From the NCBI GenBank assembly GCA_001179505.1, contig CDMY01001052.1:1-64000 (forward strand): a stretch of 64,000 bases of DNA. The letters are read 5' to 3'. Positions 36,833 to 48,124 of the stretch are shown one piece after another. How positions within the stretch are numbered: the stretch's first letter is position 1; each line of letters opens with the position of its first letter. Position numbers and translations under genes: made by a program. The stretch comes from Vitrella brassicaformis CCMP3155 (Eukaryota; Protista; Chromerida). Under the pieces are notes generated by a model, which saw nothing but the letters and a program-made list of their open reading frames with translations, searched no databases and was not told where the DNA came from.

Positions 36833-37746
36833 ATGGCGACCATGGCGTGTGCGCTCCTCATTGCCGCGGCGGCCATGTCGGCAGTGGGCGCCGCTCGACG
36901 GAATGAGGACTGCGATCTGTATGGCATGAACTGCGAGGGCCCGCCGGACACCAAAGGTGGGAGATCTTTGGAGATCTATGCCACACAAAGCACCGCTCGG
37001 GGCTATGGCTCACGCTTGGCTGGCCTTCATGTGTGTGTGTGAATGTGTGTGTGCAGGTGAGTCGTTTCTGAGCCGTAGTGAGGAGATCTCCGAACTGCAG
37101 ACCGATGATACCGAGGAAGACACTGAGGAAGGTGTGCAGGGCAATGGGATGGATGGATGGGGTCTGCGTGGGTGTGCCTGTGTGTGATCAGGAGAGCTGT
37201 CAGCAACGCATGGCGTGTCCAGCAAGCAGCGGATGTTTTCACTCGCGCAGCAGAAGATGCAGCAGGCCAAGAACATGGTCAAGGCGTCCAGCAAGATGAC
37301 CGCTGACGCCCTCAAAGCCGTCCACACCATCCAGCAGCAGCTCGTCAATAAGGCCACAACCGGTGGTACGTGTGGATGGATGGATGGATAGATGGATGGA
37401 TGGATTGACATCCCACTGAAGTGTCTGTCTGTCTGTCTGTGTGTGTGCAGAGACCTGCAAGGTCTGCACGAAGACCGGCTTCGGCAGAGATCCCTGCACC
37501 GTCACTGACTACAAGCTGTGCAACAAGGGCGGCATCTGTGTGCTGGAAGCGAGCAGCGGCGCTAAGTGCTCTCACGGCAAGTGCCTCTACGACACCGGCA
37601 GCACTGTGTCGCTGTTCTGCATGCCCGACACCCTCCGCTACAAGTACGGCACTCAGGACGGCAGCCCCTGGAGCAAAGGCAAGCCCGAGGATAACTGGCC
37701 GTACTGCGAGAAGAAAGTACTCAAAGCTTTAAGAAAGGCCGATTGA
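36833..37746 (+). CDS. Secreted orphan protein with acidic linker, helical segment and Cys-rich C-terminal domain
   Basis: Signal peptide MATMACALLIAAAAMSAVGA; exons end in ETCKVCTKTGFGRDPCTVTDYKLCNKGGICVLEASSGAKCSHGKC...WPYCEKKVLKALRKAD-stop; alternative ATG at 36824. Confidence 0.7.
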
Positions 37747-38594
37747 CTGTGTGCCTGTTGGATGCTGGATGCTGGATGTGTGTGTGTGTGTGCAGATCCA
37801 GGCGAAATACGTCGCGCCGCTATATAAGTAGACGCCTGGACAGACTCACACTGATAGCTAACAGACTGGTAGACAGAGGGAGGGGGGGCAGGGCACCTAC
37901 CTGCTGGGGGAGAGAGAAAGAGAGAGATCGTCCATCCATCCACACACACATTGATAGCTAAGGGGCATGGGAACATATGTATGGGTGGATTGGCTGTCTG
38001 CCTGACTTGCTCATGGCTGTGATTTGTGGCGGCTTGGCCTGGTCGATATATGTGCAGCTGACTTCCTTTGTCTCCCTCTCTCTCTGCCTGCTGTTTGCAA
38101 GGGGGTCACATTTCGTGTGTGGGGTGGGCATCTTCGGCCATTCGTCGGCTCGCCAAGGCCCCCTCCCGCACACGAAGTGCCACCCTCTTCTGTCTGTCTG
38201 AGTGGATTAGCTGACATGATGTGGTGTGTTATGCCGTATGGCCGTCTGTCCGCCGTCTGTCCGCCGTCTGTGTGTGCGCAAGAGCAACACAAAGGGACAC
38301 CACTGGTAGGTGTAAGTAAATATCTGAAGGCGAACGAAGTCCCGCAAGCGGAGCGGCACACACACCCTTGGGCAACACACAGAAAATCTGCACACTACAC
38401 GCTCTACACTACCGCACGGAAAGAAACAGAACGTATTCATCCCCTCACTTGACATGTCTGTCTGTCTGTCTGTCTCTCTCGATCAACGAATGGTAGGCGA
38501 GGCGAGTGACGGCCGTCTGACGACACACACATTACACACACGTCACCCAACGACCAACCACCACAACTGACACAATACACATAACGTCAGGCAG

Positions 38595-41070
38595 TCACAG
38601 CTCGACTTTCCACGTCTGAGCTGTCTTGTCGCCACCTCCAGCTCTGTCATCGGATGTCCTCGTGTGTAGGGGGGCAGCGGGCAATTCATCCTCATACCCC
38701 GCAGCGATGCCCCGCTGGCCCTCCAGCGCCGCACGAGGCGCGTCGAGACCCTCCAATGGCTCCACACCCTTCACACACACGCAAACGCACCACACACAAC
38801 GAGTCCATACCCCCCTGTGTGCTCTTTTCGCTCGGTGGCTGACTCACTTTGAAGCTTCGCGAGGTGTACGGCACCAGCACCGATGCGAGCCCCACACTTA
38901 GCACGCCCTCCCCCTTGACCATCAGCTGCTCGCCCGCGGCCTCCCCCCCGCCCCCCGCCCCCTGCACAGTGCCGTTTGCAGAGGTGTGGAACTCGCGGAT
39001 GGTGCCCCGGCCGATGAGTGAGTGCTCCACTGTATGGTGGTCGGCTGTTCGGCTTGGGATGGCGGGGAAAGGAAGGGAGTCGATCAGCTCAGCGAACTCG
39101 AGCATGTACCGGCCGTCCCATTCACGGACGCCCAGCGCCACCTCGAGCTCATATGGGGTGCATACGGGTGCAGGGAGGTCCTTGCTGAGTGCCTCTGTGA
39201 GTGGGTCCTCCGGAGAGGCCATGTGACAGAATGCATCGACCTCTGGGAAGTTGCCCAGCTTGGCCACACTCAGCTTCCCGACCACCAGAGACAACACCTG
39301 ACGACCAGCCGACCTGCGTCATGCACCACACACACACAGCACACAACACACATGCACACACACACACACACACACCATGAGACCACTTTTTCGTTCTTCT
39401 CACGTGTGTGTGCCAACAAAACTGACCGAATGAGCCTCTTCAGTCTGTCATGAAGCTTCCTATGGTGCTGCAGTGCGACTGTGCCGTAGACCAGGCCGAT
39501 CACTCGAGCGGTGCGGACGGCCTCCACCGCCCTGTACCGCCTCATCAGCAGCCGGCCTGACTGGGACGACACCTCACATAACGAGCCACGGACTGGCGAG
39601 TACTGCCATATCTGACACAGACACACATGGACACATGGGAGGCCATGTGTGAGGGAGGGATGGTGGATGGCCGGGGTACCTACCTTGTGTGTGTTGCCAT
39701 GCCGCTTGAGGATCCGCGTCAGGAGGGGGCTGTCATCCTCAGCTGATCACGGGCACATACGCATATACAGGCATGCGATGCCCGTAAAGAACACAATGCT
39801 GCGATGGTGCCGTGACTCCCATTGCGTGCGCGTAGAGGAGTACCTATACACACAAGCTGCAGCTGCCCCGAGTCAGAACATGGGAGCGAATCAAGGTAGG
39901 CGCTCTCAGGCGAGTGATCGGGGGAAACAGGGGCCACGCGGACAGACAGAGGCTGGCAGGGGCCAATAGAGAGAGAACAACCGCTCGAATATGTCAGCAG
40001 AATTGTGGACCTGTCGCCCTGCTCACCTGCAGGTCCCTTCTCCCAGGTGACGCCTCGCCGCTGTCTGATGGCCGATCTCTCACTCGGACAGCACACACTC
40101 GACGATTGGCAACTGAACCACACACCACACACACACAGAGAATCACGTCACTTCGCGCCTCCCTCGCCCCCGAGAACGAGCTCTTCGCCGCTGACCTTGC
40201 AGAGGCACAACAATCGAGTCCTTCTGTCCATCCGCCTCCTTCGCATCGCCTTCGCCCTCTTGGTCGAGATGCAGCGACGTCCTGGGGACGGCCACGGCCA
40301 CATCGAAAGGCGTCGACGAGTCATTCGCATCGATGACCATGGTGGAGCCGTTGCTGTCGGCTGTGTGGGACGGTGGCGGGATGGGCATGGCATCGAGCAG
40401 CTCGTTAAGGGCGTGGTGGTAAGCCACGTCGTAGATCAAAAGACAGGGAGATGAGAAGAGAGCGTTGGAGTCCATCTGAGTGTGAATGCAGGACACGCAC
40501 GGCACACCCGTCCATGCCACCAGGAGGACCCTGCCACAGGTCAGTGCGCGTCTGCCTACCTGTTTGATGAGCTGTGCGGCGTCGATTGGTACGCGCCCGA
40601 ACACCCACATCACGGGCAGACCGTGAGCCGTCACCGACTGACACGACGGGCCGTAGTGCACAATACTGTCTGATGGACAAGCAAACAAACAAGCAAGCAA
40701 ATGAACAAGCAGACAGACACAGAGCCATCCATGCATCCATCCATCCATCCATCCATCCATTGCCGTCTTGCTACCCTCATACACCAACCTGCCTACCTGC
40801 TCCATAGTGCTGTGCAGCCACCTCGTCCACGGAGCACGCCCCATAGGCAGTGTCGCCCAGCACGAACACCAGACACTCAGACGCGCCGCATTGGCGAAGG
40901 CGTCGCTGAAGGGCCGAGCAGACGGCAGGTGCGTCCCTGAGGAGCGTGTCAGGGAACTGAAGCGCGGTTCGGCGAAAGCCGTGCCTATGGATGAGTGAGG
41001 CGATGTGGTTGATCTCGTAGAAAGATTCCAGCGACACTGGGCACACGCTCCCATCGCCATTCACAGCCAT
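38595..41070 (-). CDS. DPH2: Diphthamide biosynthesis protein 2
   Basis: TALQFPDTLLRDA, VLGDTAYGACSVDEVAAQH, IVHYGPSC, IGLVYGT, VVGKLSVAKLGNFPEVDAF, VCTPYELEVAL, RSFKGV and the DPH2-type tail GQRGIAAGYEDE. Confidence 0.9.
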
Positions 41071-41387
41071 TGAGTTCGAGAAACTTCCCGCGGAGATCTC
41101 CAAAGCTTGCAAGCAGTTTCACGCAATGTCCTAAGTGGCCCAAAGCTTGCAATGCGAGCTCAGACCGCAGATATTTTGTTAAATGAGTTTGCAAAGGCCT
41201 GCTGCGTGTCCAGGGAGTGGGGTGCTCATTGTGGGAGAATGTTCGGTGCCGTCTGCCCGCCGGCCAAGATGCTCCTTCGCTGGCCTGCCTGTGCCGTTGG
41301 ATGTACGAAGCCTTGGCGACGGCCGGTCCTTCTCTTCTGCACCGCTCTAAGTGAAGAGACTCCACCAACTCAGCGTAACCGGACAAA

Positions 41388-42810
41388 ATGGTCTTCTCTC
41401 GCCTGGCCTTCGTCGCGGTGGTCTTCCTCGCCATACCTGCCCCGCCATGCGCGGCTGACTGCGACGCCGATGAGTTTGAGGTACGCTGCCCGCCACATCC
41501 GTCCATCCGTGTCGTTTTGTGTGCTGTTTGGCTATGTTTGGCAGGACGATGACGGCTGCGAACGTGCGTGAGTTCCACAATACTGTACAGTGGCAGGCAC
41601 ACGCATGACTGTGTTGTTCGTATTGTTTGAATCATGCAAGGCATCATCGCGGGCAATCCCGAACTCTTCCAAGATGGCACCGGTGACGTCACTGCGGAGA
41701 GGTATGTGAAGGCCAATACCGCTGTTTTGTCGGACGGCACCGTCGTTGCAAGCGACAACGTCCGATCTTCTAGGAACATCATTGCCCAGGGTGAGCTCCA
41801 TCGCACAATGCACTATTACTTCACTTAAGATGACGACTGCATGTAACGTGCAGGCACCATTGAGGCGGGTAATCCCAGCGAGTTCACTGAAAACGACGGC
41901 GACGTCAAGGCAGAAACCGATGTCGAGGCTGATCGGAGTGTCCGAGCTGGTATCGACGTCATTGCCGAAGACGACGTCATTGCAAGAAACAACGTCATTG
42001 CTGGCTCTGGTACGGGTGTCATTGCTGACGGCGTGTGTCTGTATTGCAAGCAGCGTTGCCATGAATGTATTATAGGTTCGGACTTCGACGGAGAAGTGAT
42101 CGGCGACAGTAAGCTCCAGGCCATGTACCGACGAGTTCTTGTGACAATGGTGGCTTGCTTGTGCATCAGGCATACGGACAGGCCAGCCATCTGAACGGGA
42201 GGTTCGCAGAGGTGACATCGGCGCGACAGCAGACCTGCAGGCCGACGACACATGCTACTGCCCACAAGCGGTGACGAGACGCGCTTTTGCGCATTCATTC
42301 GAGGTCCGAGGCAACGACAGCGACCGTCCCTCGACACCCATGGCTGAGTGGGGCGATCGAAATCGGTCGATGGCGTACGAGGCCTTCAGACAGCTTCGTG
42401 TGCGGACTGGCGGCGATGCTCGGCTTGGCCTGGCCGCCAAGGAGGTCCAAAGATTGTTCCCAATGGCCGTCAGGACGCTCCTGCCAGACGACGATGGCGA
42501 TGATGATGCTGAAAGTGAGGCGGAGAAGAACGGGGAGATGACCATCGACCTCACTCAGCTGCTCTACACACAAATGGCCGTCATTCAAGACCTCATCACC
42601 GAGAAGGAAGACCTCCGCAAGACGACTGGCGGCTTGACCAAGCGGCTTGATCAGCTGGCCAAGGCTAACAAGGGGCTGATGAAGGCGAATGAGGCCATGA
42701 TGGGTCGCATGGCTCGTCTGGAGCAAGGCAGCAGTAAGAGCGAAAGCAATGAGCCGTCTGGTCCGATTGAGGCACTGCAGAAGATGGCCAAGGGGCTCCT
42801 GGCGCCGTGA
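41388..42810 (+). CDS. Secreted protein with hexad (DVxAxx) repeats, an S74/ICA-like chaperone domain and a coiled coil
   Basis: Phase-consistent exons 41388-41480, 41545-41563, 41641-41790, 41854-~42009, 42076-42109 and 42170-42810; signal peptide; AYEAFRQLRV...RLGLAAKEVQRLFPMAV...TIDLTQLLYTQMAVIQDL, followed by heptads. Confidence 0.7.
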
Positions 42811-45800
42811 CGAATTTTTCGTTACTTTGGGAGTGTTATGTGTATGTGTGGCTGTGTGTGTGGAGTGGTCGAGTGTGGAGTGCCGGGCGATTTTCTCGTG
42901 TGGTGGGGAAGACGTGCAGGGGTGTGGATCCGTGTGCTCTTGTCCAAAGGGATCGAAGGCACTGAAGCGCTGCGTGGGTGCTTGTGCTTGTGGAATGGCT
43001 CTGCTCTCAGTGGAGAATGAAAGACTGCGCGAGGGGGTGCGTGTGTGCGTCTCTGTTTCGTCTGTTGCACGTGGGTGCTTGACCCTATGTGATATGCTCA
43101 GTGCAGAACGCTGCACGGTAGACTTCATACGTAAGCCCTGTGTGTGTGTGTGTATTGTGTGTGCGGGAGAGAATGATTGAGAGGGATCTTATGAATTCAA
43201 TGGTAAACAAATCCACTCAGTGTGAAGAGTGGTGTGAAGGGCTGCAGTCAGTCAGTCAGTCGGTCTCCGTGTCCTTCCCTCCCCTCCCACACACACACAC
43301 AGGCCTCGTTCACGCACAATCGTCCGCAACGTACATGTCCACACAACACCCCTGAAGGCCGACAGACACACACACACCTCTCTCCCCACCCACCCCAAAC
43401 GCACTCAGGCAGCCCCGCCTCCCTCTCTCCACAATCAAGCCGCACTCAATGATACGATGCGACTTTCACAGGCTGCCTGCCTGTCTGCCGTCTCGATTGA
43501 CAGCATCGCCCACACACCGCACGTGATCGAATGAACGACCAAATACACCACACCGTTACATATACCGCCTTGCTTTAGTTATCGGTGGTCCGTCCAGCCC
43601 ACCACATAGGCAACCACACCCGACACACGATACGAACGAAACGAAACGAAGCGAAGCGGAACGGAGCACGCCACACAGCAGACAGACAGACAGGACAGCC
43701 TGCCGACGGACACACGCGACCAGGCTGGCTACCAAACGGACAGGCTACAAACGACATACGACATACCAGACAGGAAACAGAACTGCCGACGAGACACGAG
43801 TACACACACAGACACAACCAGATAGAGCCTCGACACGTGTGTGATAGAGCCTCGGCCCACGTGTGATGAGTAATGGATGGTTTTCCGTCGTTCAGGGTCG
43901 TTTTGAGCGGGGAAAAAGGAGTCAATGTGATGGAGGGTGAGTCATTCACGGCGGGCGAGAAACCCCGCAGAAAACAAGCAGAAGATAAAGCAATCACGCG
44001 CTGTACTGATTGCTTTAGGCGATACTTACGGTACACATCCGTCGTCCCTCCCTTCTTTCCTCCCTCCCTCCTACACAGTTCTCCATCGCTTTGGTGCCAG
44101 CCAAGCAGCAGCACACTTTGGCAAAATTCCCCCCGACCACAGCAATTAAGGGTGAGTTAAGTGGGTGGCCTTTCGGCGCCTGCCTCCCGGAACACTCACA
44201 CAGACACGCACACACGCCCTGCAGCCAAATCTCTCTGAGACGCGCCGTGCCCGTCCCCTCCACCACCACCGCACACACGAGGCCGCACATTCCATCTCCC
44301 GCCCGCCCTCCACTTCGTGGCCAACCCACGCACACACACGCATCACATCACACCGTACAAAGGTAGAAAAGGCCACTCACTCTGTCCACATGCAGCACCA
44401 CAACATGCGAGGCTCCTCAAAACTGCTCTCTCCCCCTCTCTGGGGAGGGCCCTCAGACTCCTTCTGTCTCGCGCTGTCCTTCGGTGGGTCAGCCGGCCGG
44501 CTGGCCGGGCAGATGGACGCCTCAAGAAGTGGCGACCCTCCCACCCATCAGGCAATCCATCCATCCATCGCAGGCAGTGGGCCTGCCCGGAGAACGTATA
44601 GGAAGTAGAGAATACACGCACACGAACATGCACAGTCAAAATTGCGTCCTCAGCGAGGGTGTTGTCTGTCTCTCTGTCTGTCTGTCTGTCTGTCTGTCGG
44701 CCTTGTGGACGGGCGTGTTGTGTGTGATGTCATGTGTCATCGATGTCCGTCGTTTTGGTTACAGGCCAAGGAAGCGCTGCCGCACGACGGAGAGCAGTGA
44801 AAGAAAACACTCTATTCGCCCATTTGCTCTAATGGCGCGTATTCGGGTGATGTGACCTGGATAGGTATGTGTGTGTGTGTGTGTATGTGTGTGTGTGTGT
44901 ATGTGTGTGTGTGTGCACATGATGTGTGGCAAAAGAATTGACGAAAGGCAAAAAGGGCAAGGAAAGGCAAGGCAAGACCGCTCTCTTTGGGCACATGAAC
45001 GAATGGCACGCAGACACACACACGTACAGGCAGACAGACAGACACCACACGAGCGAAAAAGCCGTGCCACTGAGTAAGAGAGAGAGAAAAGTACGACTAT
45101 GAGACACCACACCACACCACACACCGGACACCACACGCACAGGGGAGGGGGGGCGGGGGGTGCATGTGCACAGGGACGCACGGATACACTCATCCATCCA
45201 TCTACATATCATCATGGCACATGCACCATACCGACGAATGACAGCGATGTCCTACAGCCATAGAAATGATCTCTCCTACCCGACCAGGCAGCCTGCCTGG
45301 TGAACCTCGCTCCGCTCTCTGCCCTCCGCTCTCCGCTCTATACCGTCGTATGTGAGAAGCCAATTAAGGGAGTCAGGACTGACCGATGTGCGTGGCTGAC
45401 GTGCCTTCGAGTGAGCGCACGTAAGCCACCCACCATCCGGCCGCTTCTCTTGGACGGACGGCACTACATGTCTCTCCTCAAATGGACGTGTGTGTGTACG
45501 CTGCATCCACCACCAGGCAGGCAGGCAGGCAGGCAGGCCAGAAGCCGCCCCTCCCTCTCCTCCTTCGACATGAAACCGACATGAAACGGACGAACGGCCT
45601 TCACGACACAGACAGCACCATATACGACACGATGACCGACACGAATGACACACGAGGGGATTGTCCTTTCTTATCTGACGGGGTGTGGTGTGCTATGTTA
45701 CTGTGTGCCGCGAGGGGCGTATGAAGCAAAAATGTGATGTGTGAAAACTCACGATAAACCAAAAGCCCTCTCCCCCCGACACCCCCGCCCCCTCCCAACC

Positions 45801-46054
45801 CCCCGCCGCATCATTGATGCCATTTCAGACATAAGCGGCTGGCCCCACACACGCAACACGCACACACGCAACACGCACACACGAGCACACGCACACATGC
45901 ACACCAAAGTGCACATCGATCGACCAAAAGCGAGCCCGTAGCGCTATGTATTTCATCCCTCCTCTCCCCCTCCCTCCTCACGCACATCCAGCCATCCGCC
46001 CCCTTGTGTGTGGGTGTGGGTGTGAGGGTGTGTGGGAATGGCCAAGTCAGTCAG

Positions 46055-46567
46055 TCAGTCGAACTGCACGCTGCCCTCAGAGGCGATGGTCGAGGCCATT
46101 GAGCCGACACGAGCAATGGTTCCGCTGAAGTGCTTGAACTCGGGCCAGCTGGTCCGGGAGTCGGTGGGCGTCTTAGAAGCAGACGGCTCCTGCTGCTGCT
46201 TGCTGGCCACGGCGTACTTCCTCTCCTCGACGTTGTACTCGTTGAAGCCGACAACAGCCTTGAGATCTATCGTCACAAGACACACACAAGTTCACACACA
46301 TGGATGGGATGGCAAGGGATGGGTGGGCTGACGGATGGACACTCCCTCACCCACCCACCCGAGAAGGAGGATATGTGCGGCGTGGTGTCGTGGCCGTTTT
46401 TGAGTGCGCCGAGCACGCCCCTGACGGCCTTGATGGAGGTCGACACGAGCGACGTCGAGTAGATGACCAGCTTGTACCCCACCTCCTCCAGCTCGTCCAC
46501 CGACAGGAACGGCGTGCTGCCCCCCTCGATAAGATTCGCCATCTTCGGACCTCCCACCTCACTGACA

Positions 46568-46600
<33 letters not shown>

Positions 46601-47664
46601 GACGGACACACACCACATGCGTCTCATGTGTGTGTGTGGTGTGGGTGGATGAGTGCATGAGTGGATTGGAGGGGTACCTTCCTTACCTGCAGTAGCGTCG
46701 CATCTCTTCGACGGTCCTGGGTGCCTCGAGGAAGGCAATGTCCGCACCCATTGCGTGGAAGGCCCGGCAGCGGCGGATGGCCTCATCAAGCCTGCACTCA
46801 CACACACCCATACATACGACAGAGGTGATGTGTGGCTATTTGTGGTCTCTCTCTTCTCTCATCTCCTTCTCATCTCACCCACCCGAGGGAAGCCCGCGCG
46901 TCGGTGCGGGCCAGAATGCAAATGTCGGCGCCCTCATCCCTGCCAGGACACACCAAGCACACAACGGGTGAGAAACGACACGCAGTGGATGTGCTGTGCT
47001 GTGGTGTGGTGTAGCCGGCCGAGCGCACCCCACCGTACCGCGCGTCAATGGCGGCCATGACGCGCATGCAGGCGTCTTCGAACGGGATGACCTCCTTGCC
47101 CGCGGGGTGGCCGCACTTCTTGGGCGCCACTTGGTCCTCTATCATGATGCACGCCACACCCGCACGGGCGTACCCCTGAACCGTCCTCTTGACGTTGACC
47201 GCATTGCCTGTTTGACCCACACACACACAGACCCATGGTGTGTGTCGTGTGTGCACACAGCTACCTGCAGTGCAGTGAAAGCTTACCGTATCCGGTGTCA
47301 CCATCAGCGATGAGCGGGATGCTTTTGACGGCCTCCGTGATCGCCCGGCAGCTGTCCAGCATCTCAGAGTAGGCCAGCATCTGGGTGTCGGGGAATCCAC
47401 GCGCGCCAGACACCGAAAACCCGCTCATGAAGGCGCAGGGGAACCCTGATGGACACACCACACACAGCCGCACACACGCACGATGGATGCAGTGCAGATC
47501 TCAGCTGATCTCTCCCTGATCCAATTAATCCAGTGCGGACCTTCCTGCTCAACGAGCCTGGCGGTGAGATCGTCGTAGCAGCCTGGCGCCTGGATGACCC
47601 CGGTGGGCGAGTTGAGGAGCTCACGCAGGCGCTCGGCAGCGGGGTTGCGGTGGGGACCCATCAT
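46055..47664 (-). CDS. Isocitrate lyase / PEP mutase superfamily enzyme (methylisocitrate or dimethylmalate lyase-like)
   Basis: QAPGCYDDLTARLVEQ, AFMSGFSVSG, PLIADGDTGYGNAVNV, IEDQVAPKKCGH, ILARTDA, GADIAFLEAP, MANLIEGGSTP. Confidence 0.92.
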
Positions 47665-48124
47665 CTTATTTTGGTCGTTCGAGGGGTGGGCTGTGGGCTG
47701 CAGGCGACGTTCAGTTGACCCAGAGATGACGGGAGAGAGAGGGATGGTAGGGAAGCAGGGAGGCCAGCAGGCAAGAAGGAGGAGAGTGACGGCGGATATC
47801 AAAGGGTGCTAACGAATATGAATTGCCGTCCAGTGATCGCTTTCGGCCAATGGACGGCATATTTTTTGCCGATTCCTGGCCAAGTGGAGACACGAGACAC
47901 TTCGGTGTTATTTAGCTATGGTGTCGAGTGTCCCGAAAGCCACATGTTCACACCTAGCTACACAGTCACTCCGAAAAACGACACAACACATGCAACACAC
48001 ACCGATGGTAAATCAATCACAAGTGTTTGTCGGTCTCTGTCTGTCAGAGGCTGTTCGCCTCTTTCTCGGTCAACATCTTTCATTCCAACCGACCGCAACC
48101 AACGACCTGGTGGTATGGTATGAT

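Noticed and set aside
42810-46055. Hidden gene or transposon in the 3.2-kb convergent spacer (also 16.0-18.1 kb)
   Set aside because: No transposase or RT motifs, terminal repeats or coherent exon chain were found.
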